Source: Solirubrobacteraceae bacterium | GTDB lineage: Bacteria > Actinomycetota > Thermoleophilia > Solirubrobacterales > Solirubrobacteraceae | Length of the DNA stretch: 57,543 nucleotides | Direction of reading: 5' to 3' | NCBI GenBank assembly: GCA_034664785.1 | Contig: JAXDGY010000450.1 | Location: 1 to 57,543 of the forward strand | In this document: piece after piece, positions 1 through 8,844 of the stretch | How positions within the stretch are numbered: the stretch's first letter is position 1 | Layout of the letters: each line of letters starts with the position of its first letter | Notes under the pieces: model-generated | The model's database searches: none | Seen by the model: the letters and a program-made list of their open reading frames with translations, nothing else | What the model was told of the DNA's origin: nothing | Position numbers and translations under genes: made by a program

Positions 1-177
1 GACGCGAAGCCGCGGGGCGCGCCCCACAGGCCCCACCCCCCCGCCTGACCTCGCCGGTCGCGGGCCCCGGGAGACCGGTCGGGCCCGCCGCCCCCGGGGC
101 GCCGGCCCCGCCGTGTGTCCGGGCCCGTCGTGCGCAGGCCCGGCGGCTGCGCGGCCGCCAGGTGGCAGACTGGCGGC

Positions 178-1794
178 GTGGCCGAGGCGACGTCGACGTC
201 GACGGAGGGCTCCGGGGAGGAGCTGCGCGGCGCCGGCATCGGCGTGACGCTGCCCGGTGGCCGGCGCATCCTGCAGCCGGCCTCGCTGCTCATCGCCCCC
301 GGGAGCTTCACCGCCCTGCTCGGGGCGAGCGGGTCGGGCAAGACGACGCTGTTGAAGGTCCTGGCCGGGGTCATGGACGCCACCGAGGGGACCGCGTCGC
401 TCGGCGACGCGCCGGCCGCGGCGCGCGTGGCGGACCTGGGCTACGTGCCGCAGCGCGAGACGGTGCACGAGCGCCTGACCGTGCGGGAGGCCCTGCGCTA
501 CGCCGCGCTGCTGCGGCTCGACCCCGACGGCGGCCCGCCGGTCGACGAGGTCGTCGAGGACGTCCTGCACGAGCTCGACCTGACCGCCGTGGCCGAGACG
601 CAGATCCGCCTGGTCTCCGGCGGGGAGCGCCGGCGGGCGGCCTGTGGGCTGGAGCTCGTCGGGCGCCCCCGCGTGCTGCTGCTCGACGAGCCCACCAGCG
701 GGCTGGACCCCGTCCTCGAGCGGCGCCTCATGGCGATGTTCCGGCGCCTGGCCGACCAGGGGACCGCGGTGGTCGTCGTGACCCACGCCACCGCCAGCCT
801 CGATCTCTGCGACACCGTCGCGGTCCTGCAGGACGGCGCGCTGGTGATCTCCGGCTCGCCCGCCGAGGCCGTCGAGTTCCTCGGCGCCGTCGCGCGGGAC
901 GCGGCCGGGCGCGACAGCGCCGAGGCGGCGGAGTTCTCCGGCGCCGGCCCGGGGCGGCGAGGCGCGACCGTACGTCCGCTCGGGCTGGAGCTGCGCGTGC
1001 TGGTCGGCCGCTACGTGCGGACGCTCCTGCGCGACCGGCGGACGCTGGCGGTCCTGCTCGGGCAGGCGCCGATCATCGGCCTGCTCATCGGGGTGCTGTT
1101 CGAGCCCCACGCGCTGCGCCGCCCCGACGGTCAGCCCGGCGACGCGATCCAGCTCGTCTTCCTGGTCATGACGGGCAGCATCTGGCTGGGCATCACCGCC
1201 GCCTGCCGCGAGGTGGTCAAGGAGCGCGGGATCCTCGAGCGGGAGTTCGACGTCGGCCTGCGCCTCGACGCCTACATCCTGGCCAAGGCTGCCGTCCTGG
1301 GCGTCCTGAGCGCGGTGCAGGTCCTGCTGATGGTGGCCGTGGTGGTGGCCCTGCAGCCGCTCGACGTGCCCGCGAGCTCGGTGCTGACCTTCGCCGGGCT
1401 CGCGGTGCTCGTCGCCTGGGTCTCCGTGGCGCTCGGCCTCGCCGTGTCAGCCGCCGCGCGGAGTGTCGACCAGGCGGCCGGCGCGGTTCCCGTGCTGCTC
1501 ATCCCGCAGCTGCTGTTCGCCGGTGCCCTCGTGCCCGTCGACCGCATGCCGCGGCTCATCGGTGCCGTCGCGGATCTGACCTACGCGCGCTGGGCCTACG
1601 CGGCGATGGGCTCGTCGGTCGACCTCGGCGACCGCCTCACCGGAGCCTCGGGCGCCGCGCAGGTCCTCGGCTTCGGCGGCGACTTCTTCCGGCTCCGGCC
1701 GGGCGCCGGTGCGCTGGCCCTCGTGCTGTTCGGTGTCCTCATCCTGCTGCTCGCGGTGGTGCTGCTGTACCGGCGGGCGACCCTCGACGCCTGA
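178..1794 (+). CDS. ABC transporter, fused ATP-binding + ABC-2 permease (ABCG-like half transporter)
   Basis: Walker A GASGSGKT, signature VSGGERRR, Walker B LLLDEPT, then about 6 TM helices; GTG at 178 chosen, start uncertain. Confidence 0.85.
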   Translation: MAEATSTSTEGSGEELRGAGIGVTLPGGRRILQPASLLIAPGSFTALLGASGSGKTTLLKVLAGVMDATEGTASLGDAPAAARVADLGYVPQRETVHERLTVREALRYAALLRLDPDGGPPVDEVVEDVLHELDLTAVAETQIRLVSGGERRRAACGLELVGRPRVLLLDEPTSGLDPVLERRLMAMFRRLADQGTAVVVVTHATASLDLCDTVAVLQDGALVISGSPAEAVEFLGAVARDAAGRDSAEAAEFSGAGPGRRGATVRPLGLELRVLVGRYVRTLLRDRRTLAVLLGQAPIIGLLIGVLFEPHALRRPDGQPGDAIQLVFLVMTGSIWLGITAACREVVKERGILEREFDVGLRLDAYILAKAAVLGVLSAVQVLLMVAVVVALQPLDVPASSVLTFAGLAVLVAWVSVALGLAVSAAARSVDQAAGAVPVLLIPQLLFAGALVPVDRMPRLIGAVADLTYARWAYAAMGSSVDLGDRLTGASGAAQVLGFGGDFFRLRPGAGALALVLFGVLILLLAVVLLYRRATLDA

Positions 1795-1826
1795 GCGCGA
1801 GCGCTGAGCGCGGTCGCCGGGAGCGG

Positions 1827-1994
1827 TCAGCCCAGGCCGCAGGCGCGGCGGACGATGCGCACGACCGGCGACGCCGTCGCGGGGTGGCGCCGGATGCGCC
1901 ACTCGTGCAGGCTCATGCCCTCGGGGACGTCGCTGGCGACGTAGATGACGGGGGAGGCGGCGAAGCCGGAGCTGGGGCTGGTGGCTCGGGACAT
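1827..1994 (-). CDS. Small hypothetical protein (55 aa, YVASDVPEGMSLHEWR motif)
   Basis: ATG at 1994, fills the intergenic gap, GC-rich codon usage. Confidence 0.5.
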   Translation of the reverse strand: MSRATSPSSGFAASPVIYVASDVPEGMSLHEWRIRRHPATASPVVRIVRRACGLG

Positions 1995-2055
1995 GGGGCA
2001 AGCGTGCCACCGGCGGCGCGCCGCGCCCATCGCGCAGACCCCCCTCTGCGTGGGC

Positions 2056-2084
2056 GTTGACCCGCACCTCGGGGTGGGGTCAAC
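2056..2084. terminator. Inverted repeat GTTGACCC-gcacctcggggtg-GGGTCAAC, likely terminator of the DUF6766-like operon
   Basis: Long stem about 35 nt past the stop at 2120 on the - strand. Confidence 0.4.
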
Positions 2085-2119
2085 CCCCGGTCGCGCCGGG
2101 GGCTGGCCGCTCGTGTCGC

Positions 2120-2794
2120 CTACCCCTCGCTGGCGGTCTCCGCGTGGGGGGCGCCGACCGGCTTGGACTCCGGTGAGCCCCGCTGGCGCAGGTACACGCT
2201 CAGGATCACCATCGAGCCGACGGCGAGGAACTCCGACTGCCAGTTCTGCAGGGTCCGGTTCCAGAAGTCGGATGTCGTGACGTACGTGGGCCAGGAGACG
2301 GGAGAGGCCTGGTGATCGAGCTGCTCGGCGTTGTAGCCGATGCGGCCGGTGATCGACTGCGCCAGCCACGACGCGAGCCAGATGGACGTCATGACGAGCA
2401 GCAGCGAGTTGGAGTAGAGCGCGGTGCGCAGCCCGCCCACCCGGGCCCAGCGGGGGGAGTTGCGCACCGCGTGCTCGCCGATCTGCTGCTGCTCGTCGCT
2501 CTCGCGCCCGACCCGCCCGGGCTCCTTGGACTCGTTGGAGCCCTTCTGGATGAGGAAGACCGTGGCGAAGATGTACAGGGAGAACTGCAGGTACTCGGAC
2601 TGCCAGTTCTCCATCACGTCGGCCCAGAACATCGCCGAGGTGACGTAGTGCCACAGCCCGATCGGGTCGCCCTGATGCAGGAGCTGGTCGTGATTGACCT
2701 GGTTGTGACCGGAGATCGCCTGGCCCACGAGCGACCCGAGGAACAGCAGGCCGAAGGCGATGCTGAGGCCGTTGGCGCGCAGGGCTCGCCGCAA
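2120..2794 (-). CDS. DUF6766-like membrane protein
   Basis: Internal repeat ENWQSEYLQ / QNWQSEFL, NGLS and NSL segments, GSPESKPVGAPH C-terminus; TTG start at 2794 next to the upstream stop. Confidence 0.8.
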   Translation of the reverse strand: MRRALRANGLSIAFGLLFLGSLVGQAISGHNQVNHDQLLHQGDPIGLWHYVTSAMFWADVMENWQSEYLQFSLYIFATVFLIQKGSNESKEPGRVGRESDEQQQIGEHAVRNSPRWARVGGLRTALYSNSLLLVMTSIWLASWLAQSITGRIGYNAEQLDHQASPVSWPTYVTTSDFWNRTLQNWQSEFLAVGSMVILSVYLRQRGSPESKPVGAPHAETASEG

Positions 2795-2796
2795 GG

Positions 2797-2889
2797 TCAG
2801 TACCCCTGGATGCCGACGACGATGGCGTACGCGAGCCCGGCGGCGATGCCGACCGCATACAGGATGAACATCACGCGGACGCCGCGCAT
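2797..2889 (-). CDS. 30-aa single-TM peptide (MRGVRVMFILYAVGIAAGLAYAIVVGIQGY)
   Basis: ATG overlaps the upstream TGA (TGATG coupling); one hydrophobic helix. Confidence 0.6.
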   Translation of the reverse strand: MRGVRVMFILYAVGIAAGLAYAIVVGIQGY

Positions 2890-3311
2890 CAGGCCTGCTC
2901 CTCGCAGTCGAAGGGGCCACTGCCCTGGGGCTTGCAGCCGACGGCGTCCAGGCGCCAGCCCTGGCGCGTATCGCCGAGGAAGACGGTGTCGCCGCCGGCG
3001 AGGACCACCTCGCCCGCCGTGGCATAGACGCGCACCGCGGCAGCGCGGCTGCCGTGGAGCGACAGGTGCAGCACCGCCGTGGCGCAGTCGTCGCCCGGCT
3101 GGTCCTTGACGAGCTGGGCACGGAGGCTGGGGCTGAGCTGCTCGCACGCGGTCCGCCCGTCGTGCTGTCGGACCGCCGCGTAGAAGCGCTCGGCCGCGGC
3201 ACGCGCCTGGTCGCGGTCCGCGCCCGTCCCGCAGCCGGAGGCCATCGCCGCGGCGGCGGCGACGAGGCAGGGCATCAGGCGTCGGGGCCACCGGGCGCGC
3301 ACGCGGGCCAC
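2889..3311 (-). CDS. Hypothetical lipoprotein (Cys-containing)
   Basis: Signal peptide with lipobox-like ASGC; paired cysteines; C-terminal WRLDAVGC...FDCE. Confidence 0.7.
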   Translation of the reverse strand: MARVRARWPRRLMPCLVAAAAAMASGCGTGADRDQARAAAERFYAAVRQHDGRTACEQLSPSLRAQLVKDQPGDDCATAVLHLSLHGSRAAAVRVYATAGEVVLAGGDTVFLGDTRQGWRLDAVGCKPQGSGPFDCEEQA

Positions 3312-3427
3312 CTACCCAGTCGAGGGGGCTCTGGCACGTCGGCCCTCCGCCGCAGCGGGGTACGACGTCCGTCCATGGTTCACGAAATGTCGACGATGCC
3401 CCGGGAGCCGGTGTAGCGTCCCGGGGC

Positions 3428-3661
3428 ATGGAGCAGGAGGAGGTGCGAGATCCCCGCGGCCTGCGCCGCGCCGAGCGCCCCCTCGGGGGCGGCTCGCGGT
3501 ACCTCACCCTGCGCTGCCCCGCCTGCCGCGAGGTCTACATGGCCTGGCACGGGGAGGAGGCCCCCGGCACCGGCGTCTGCCCGACCTGCGGCCACGAGGC
3601 TCCCGTCGCCTCGCTCCCGAGCTGGAGCGAGGACGGCGGCCAGACCTGGATCGATCGCTGA
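3428..3661 (+). CDS. Small zinc-ribbon-like protein
   Basis: Two CxxC motifs (CPAC, CPTC). Confidence 0.55.
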   Translation: MEQEEVRDPRGLRRAERPLGGGSRYLTLRCPACREVYMAWHGEEAPGTGVCPTCGHEAPVASLPSWSEDGGQTWIDR

Positions 3662-3760
3662 GCGTTCAGGCGCCCGTCAGGCGAGGCGGCGCATGCTCGC
3701 GTGGTGCGCGGGCGCGAGACGGCGGGTGCTCCCCGGTCCCTGGGTCATGATGGTCACCTC

Positions 3761-4426
3761 ATGCCCGCGGTGCGCCTGCTCGTCGTGGAGGACGACGCCG
3801 ATCTGCGGTCGCTGCTGCGGCGCGGCCTGACGGAGGAGGGGTTCGACGTCACCACCGTCGCCGACGGCGCGGGCGCGCTGGCCGCCGCCGAGGACGCGCC
3901 GGACGCTCTGGTGATCGACATCGGCCTGCCGGACTCCGACGGGCGCGACGTCTGCCAGGCGATCCGCGCCCGCGGCGTGTCGGTCCCCGTCATCTTCCTC
4001 ACGGCGCGCGACGCCGTCACCGACCGCCTGTCCGGCTTCAGCGCCGGGGGCGACGACTACCTCACCAAGCCGTTCGTCCTCGCCGAGCTGGTCGCCCGGC
4101 TCCACGCCCTCCTGCGCCGGTCGGACGCGAACCCGGCCACCGTGGTCGGCCGCCTGCGCCTGGATCCCGTGCGCCACGCCGCCACGTCGGGCGAGACGCA
4201 GGTGCCGCTGACCCCCACCGAGTTCCGGATCCTGGCCGCCCTGGCGGGCCGCCCCGGCGCCGTGGTCCGCCGGGAGGAGCTCACCCGCGCCGGCTGGCCG
4301 GCGGGCGCGATCGTCCACGACAACACGCTGGACCAGTACGTCGCGCGCCTGCGGCGCAAGCTGCGCCAGCTCGACGCCGGCGCGGCGATCGAGACGGTGC
4401 ACGGCGTGGGCTACGAGCTGCGATGA
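3761..4426 (+). CDS. OmpR-family response regulator
   Basis: LLVVEDD, DIGLPD, DDYLTKPF, winged-helix end IETVHGVGY. Confidence 0.93.
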   Translation: MPAVRLLVVEDDADLRSLLRRGLTEEGFDVTTVADGAGALAAAEDAPDALVIDIGLPDSDGRDVCQAIRARGVSVPVIFLTARDAVTDRLSGFSAGGDDYLTKPFVLAELVARLHALLRRSDANPATVVGRLRLDPVRHAATSGETQVPLTPTEFRILAALAGRPGAVVRREELTRAGWPAGAIVHDNTLDQYVARLRRKLRQLDAGAAIETVHGVGYELR

Positions 4427-5772
4427 GGCCGTTCCACACCCTCCGCGGCCGCCTCACCGCCTTCGCCCTGCTGGCGGCGACCATCGCCATGGCGGTCGTC
4501 GTCATCCTCTTCAACGTCCTGCTCCACAGCAGCCTGAGCGGGTACGTCGACTCGCGCCTGCGGACCCAGGCGGCCGCGGCGGCCACGACGGTCGTCGGAC
4601 CGGGCGGCCATCTCGCGGTCCGCGAGTCGCCCGACGACGAGGCCATCGACGCGCAGGTGTGGGTCTTCGACGGCACCCGGGCCGTCCTTCGCCCGCCGGG
4701 CCGCCGGCCGCTGCAGCTCGCCGCCGAGGCGCTCGCCGGACGTTCCGGCGTCTTCGCCGACGTGGCGAGCCCCGAGACGCGGCTCTACGCGCTGCCGATC
4801 ACCCGCGGCGGCCGCCGGGTCGGCACCGTCGTCGCGGGGCAGAGCCTCTCCGCCTACGACCGGACGACCGACGTCGCCCTGATCGGGACGCTGCTGCTCG
4901 GCGGCGTACTGCTCGCCGCCGTCCTCGCGGTGACCTGGCTGACCATCGGCCGGGCGCTGGCCCCCGTCACGGACATGACGCGCTCCGTCGCCGAGTGGAG
5001 CGAGCACGACGTCGCGCGGCGCTTCGGACCGGCGCAGCGGCCCGACGAGCTCGGGGAGCTCGGCCGCACGTTCGACGACCTGCTCGACCGGCTGGCCGCG
5101 AGCCTGCGCCACGAGCAGCGGCTCTCCGCCGAGCTCTCCCATGAGCTGCGCACGCCGCTGGCGCGGATCACCGCCGAGATGGAGCTGCTCCAGCGCCGCG
5201 AGCGCCCGCCCGACGAGCGGCGGGAGGCCTACGAGGTCGTCGCGCGCAGCGCGGCCCAGATGAGCCGCATCCTCGAGACGCTGATGGCGGCGGCACGGGC
5301 CGAGGCCCAGACCGCCGGCGGCCGCGGCCACCTCGACCAGGCGTTCGCCTCGCTCGAGCAGACATGGGCGGGGCCGCTGGCCGAGCACGACGTGACGCTC
5401 GAGGTGCAGCACACGGACGAGGTGGTGGGCGTGGACGCCGACGTCGTCGAGCGGATCGTCGCGCCGCTGCTCGACAACGCGGGCCGCCACGCACGCTCCC
5501 ACGTCGTCGTCGACGCCGGCCGAGCAGGCGGCCATGTGCGTGTGCGCGTGCGCGACGACGGCCCGGGCATCGATCCCGCCGAGCGCGACGCGGTCTTCGA
5601 GCCCGGCGTCCGCGGCGCCCGTGCCAACGGCCACGGGGGGGCCGGGCTGGGGCTTGCGCTCGCCCGGCGCCTCGCCCGCGCCGCGGGCGGGGACGTCACG
5701 GTGGCCGAGGACAGCGGCCCCCTCCGCCCCGATCGCCCGGGGACCACCTTCGTCGTCGACCTCCCCGCCTGA
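4423..5772 (+). CDS. Sensor histidine kinase (HAMP, HisKA, HATPase)
   Basis: SHELRTPL H-box, DDGPGI, GAGLGLA; ATGA overlap with the regulator. Confidence 0.93.
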   Translation: MRPFHTLRGRLTAFALLAATIAMAVVVILFNVLLHSSLSGYVDSRLRTQAAAAATTVVGPGGHLAVRESPDDEAIDAQVWVFDGTRAVLRPPGRRPLQLAAEALAGRSGVFADVASPETRLYALPITRGGRRVGTVVAGQSLSAYDRTTDVALIGTLLLGGVLLAAVLAVTWLTIGRALAPVTDMTRSVAEWSEHDVARRFGPAQRPDELGELGRTFDDLLDRLAASLRHEQRLSAELSHELRTPLARITAEMELLQRRERPPDERREAYEVVARSAAQMSRILETLMAAARAEAQTAGGRGHLDQAFASLEQTWAGPLAEHDVTLEVQHTDEVVGVDADVVERIVAPLLDNAGRHARSHVVVDAGRAGGHVRVRVRDDGPGIDPAERDAVFEPGVRGARANGHGGAGLGLALARRLARAAGGDVTVAEDSGPLRPDRPGTTFVVDLPA

Positions 5773-5773
5773 C

Positions 5774-6712
5774 ATGCGCGCCGTGCTGCTCGCCATCGTC
5801 GTGCTGCTGCTCGCCGCGGGGGCGGGCTGCGGCAGCTCCGATCGGCCGTCCGCGACGCTCGCCGTCGGGCCCGTGGGTTCGCTGCCGGCCTCCAAGGCCT
5901 CGCACGTCGTCGTGCTCGTCATGGAGAACAAGGAGGACCGCGACGTCCTCGGGTCCTCCGACGCGCCGGCGCTGAACGCGCTCGCGCGCCGCGGCGGCGT
6001 GGCGACGCGCAGCTTCGGGGTGCGCCACCCATCGCTGCCGAACTACCTCGCGCTGACCAGCGGCTCGACCCATGGCATCACGTCCAACTGCACGGACTGC
6101 CACGTCGCCGCACCCAGCATCGCCGACCAGCTCGAGGCCGCGGGCCTGTCGTGGAAGGCCTACCTCCAGGGGCTGCCGGCTCCGTGCTCCACCGTGGCCC
6201 ACGCCGGCCGCTACGCCAAGAAGCACAACCCGTTCGCGTACTACGACGCGATCCTGCGCGACCCGGCGCGCTGCCGCAGGATGGTCGGCTTCGACCAGCT
6301 GGCACGGGACCTGAGCGGCGGCAGGCTGCCGGCGTTCTCGTTCATCGTGCCGGACCTCTGCGAGGACACCCACGACTGCGACGTCGCGCACGGCGACCGC
6401 TTCCTGGCCAGGACGGTGCCGCCGCTGCGCCACGCGCTCGGTCCGCACGGCTTCCTCGTGGTGACCTACGACGAGGGCAGCTCGGATGCCGGCTGTTGCG
6501 GCGGAGCGGCGCGCGGAGGCCGCATCGCGACGGTCGTGCTCGGCCCCGACGTGCGGCCCGGCGCGCGCGACGCCCGCCCCCTGGACCACTACGGCGTCCT
6601 GCGCAGCATCGAGGACGCCTTCGGGGTGGGGCACCTCGCGGCGGCGGCCGACCCGGCCAACGGGTCGTTGGCGGGGCTGTTCCGCGGCGGGCGCGTTCCG
6701 CGCCTTCGCTGA
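5774..6712 (+). CDS. Phosphoesterase-family (acid phosphatase/phospholipase C-like) lipoprotein
   Basis: HVVVLVMEN, HPSLPNYLAL, KHNPF, DTHDC, VTYDEG motifs; lipobox AGC. Confidence 0.85.
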   Translation: MRAVLLAIVVLLLAAGAGCGSSDRPSATLAVGPVGSLPASKASHVVVLVMENKEDRDVLGSSDAPALNALARRGGVATRSFGVRHPSLPNYLALTSGSTHGITSNCTDCHVAAPSIADQLEAAGLSWKAYLQGLPAPCSTVAHAGRYAKKHNPFAYYDAILRDPARCRRMVGFDQLARDLSGGRLPAFSFIVPDLCEDTHDCDVAHGDRFLARTVPPLRHALGPHGFLVVTYDEGSSDAGCCGGAARGGRIATVVLGPDVRPGARDARPLDHYGVLRSIEDAFGVGHLAAAADPANGSLAGLFRGGRVPRLR

Positions 6713-6813
6713 GGGGCCGCCGGGGGTCCTCGACCATCGTCGAGGACGGCGGACCGGAAGACTGGCCGTGCGGTGGGGCGACACGCCGCGCGCCCGTCAG
6801 TACGGTCGCCCGG

Positions 6814-8835
6814 GTGTCCAGACTGGGTCGTTCCCCCGCGCTCGTCGCCGTCCTGCTCGGCGTCCTGACCGCCGTCATCGCCGGTCCCGCCGTCTCCCAG
6901 GCCTCCGCCGCCGCAGGCGACATCGGCTACAACGACGGCACCTTCGCGCCGCTCGGGGGCTCGCCCTCCGGCACCAAGCCCGAGAGCAAGCTGTGGTTCA
7001 ACGACGGGTCGTGGTGGGGCGTGATGTTCAGCCCGGCCAAGAACACGTACCAGATCTTCAAGCTCGATCGGACGACGGGCAAGTGGAGCGACACGGGCAC
7101 CGTGGCCGACACCCGCACCGCGTCGCGCGCCGACACGCTCTGGGACGCCGGCTCGGGCAAGCTCTACATCGCCTCGCACTACTTCAAGGACTCCACCAGC
7201 GGCACCACCCCCGCGGCCGTCAGCGCCGGCACGGGCGCCCGCCTGTACCGCTACTCCTACAGCGGCGGCGCCTACACGCTCGACGCCGGCTACCCGGCGA
7301 ACATCAACCCGGTCAAGACCGAGACGCTGACGATCGACAAGGACTCCACGGGGACGCTCTGGGCGACGTGGACCTACGCCAGCAAGGTCTACGTCAACCA
7401 CACCGCGCCCGGCAACGACGCCGCGTGGGGGGCGCCCTACGTCGTCCCGGGCGCAGGCACCGCGCTCAACGCCGACGACATCTCCTCGGTGGTCCGCTTC
7501 GGCGGCAACAAGGTCGGCGTGATGTGGAGCAACCAGGTCGACAAGAAGGTCTACTTCTCCGTCCACCAGGACGGGACGGGCGACGCGGCGTGGACGACGA
7601 GCGTCGTGCCGACGGGCTGGACGTCGGACGACCACATCAACCTGAAGGCCGACAGCGCCGGCCGGGTCTACGCGGCGGTCAAGACGAGCTCGAGTTCGAG
7701 CACGCAGGCGCTCATCCTGCTGCTGGTCCGCGGCACCGACGGCGTCTGGAAGAGCTACCAGTACGGCACGGTCAAGGACTCCAACACGCGCCCCATCGTC
7801 GTGCTCGACGAGCAGCACCGCGTCATCCACCTGTACGCCACCGGGCCGCAGCCGCCGAGCACCAGCGGCCAGTCGGGCGGCGACATCGTGGAGAAGACGA
7901 CGTCGATGGACGCGATCGCGTTCCCGGCCGGCGCCGGCACGCCGCTCATCCGCGCCAACGGCTCGCCGAAGATGAACGACCCCACGTCGACCAAGCAGAA
8001 CGTCAACGACGCGACCGGCATCGTCGTGCTCGCCAACGACCACGGCCTCGGCAACTACTGGCACTCCCAGCAGTCGCTCGGCGCCGGGCCGCCCGCGCCG
8101 GCCCTCGCCGCGGCCTTCTCGGGCACGCCGGTGAGCGGCGTCGCTCCGCTCACCGTGAAGTTCACCGACACCTCGACCGGCGGCCCGATCGCCTGGGGCT
8201 GGGAGTTCGGGGACGGCACGCCGGTGTCCAACCTGCAGAGCCCGTCGCACACCTACACGACGCCCGGCACCTACACGGTCAAGCTGACGGTCTCCGACGG
8301 CAAGGCCTTCGCCGCGACCACGAAGACGGGCTACGTCAACGTGACCGCGCCCGGCCCCGGGCCCGTGGGCGGGGGCACGGTGACGCTGCAGCCCGCCGGC
8401 GACGCCTACGTGCAGGACGGCAGCCCGACGAAGAACTACGGTACGCAGACGAGCCTGCGGGTGCGCGGCGGCGGCAGCCCGTTCTACAAGAGCTACGTGA
8501 GCTTCGACCTCTCCGGGGTCTCGGGCACGGTCACGAGCGCGAAGCTGCGCCTCTTCACGACCGACGCCAGCCCGTACGGCGGCCAGGTCTACGCGGTCCC
8601 GGCGGCGAGCTGGACGGAGAGCGGCATCACGTTCGCCAACGCTCCCGCCCTCGCGAACCCGATCGGCCTGCTCGGCGCCACCACGGCCAACGCGTGGGCG
8701 GAGCTCAACGTCACCTCCGCCGTCCAGGCCGGCGGCAAGGTGAGCTTCGGCATCGACAGCACCTCGACCAACAGCGCGTACTACTCGGCCAAGGAGGGCA
8801 CCAACCCGCCGCAGCTCGTCGTCACGACGGGCTGA
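6814..8835 (+). CDS. Secreted protein: putative beta-propeller + PKD domain + C-terminal DNRLRE/CBM96-like domain
   Basis: Signal peptide; PKD motif FTDTS...WEFGDG...HTYTTPGTYTV; DAYV...NYG...SYVSFD...AKLRL...SAKEGTNPPQL. Confidence 0.75.
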   Translation: MSRLGRSPALVAVLLGVLTAVIAGPAVSQASAAAGDIGYNDGTFAPLGGSPSGTKPESKLWFNDGSWWGVMFSPAKNTYQIFKLDRTTGKWSDTGTVADTRTASRADTLWDAGSGKLYIASHYFKDSTSGTTPAAVSAGTGARLYRYSYSGGAYTLDAGYPANINPVKTETLTIDKDSTGTLWATWTYASKVYVNHTAPGNDAAWGAPYVVPGAGTALNADDISSVVRFGGNKVGVMWSNQVDKKVYFSVHQDGTGDAAWTTSVVPTGWTSDDHINLKADSAGRVYAAVKTSSSSSTQALILLLVRGTDGVWKSYQYGTVKDSNTRPIVVLDEQHRVIHLYATGPQPPSTSGQSGGDIVEKTTSMDAIAFPAGAGTPLIRANGSPKMNDPTSTKQNVNDATGIVVLANDHGLGNYWHSQQSLGAGPPAPALAAAFSGTPVSGVAPLTVKFTDTSTGGPIAWGWEFGDGTPVSNLQSPSHTYTTPGTYTVKLTVSDGKAFAATTKTGYVNVTAPGPGPVGGGTVTLQPAGDAYVQDGSPTKNYGTQTSLRVRGGGSPFYKSYVSFDLSGVSGTVTSAKLRLFTTDASPYGGQVYAVPAASWTESGITFANAPALANPIGLLGATTANAWAELNVTSAVQAGGKVSFGIDSTSTNSAYYSAKEGTNPPQLVVTTG

Positions 8836-8844
8836 ACGGGCGGG

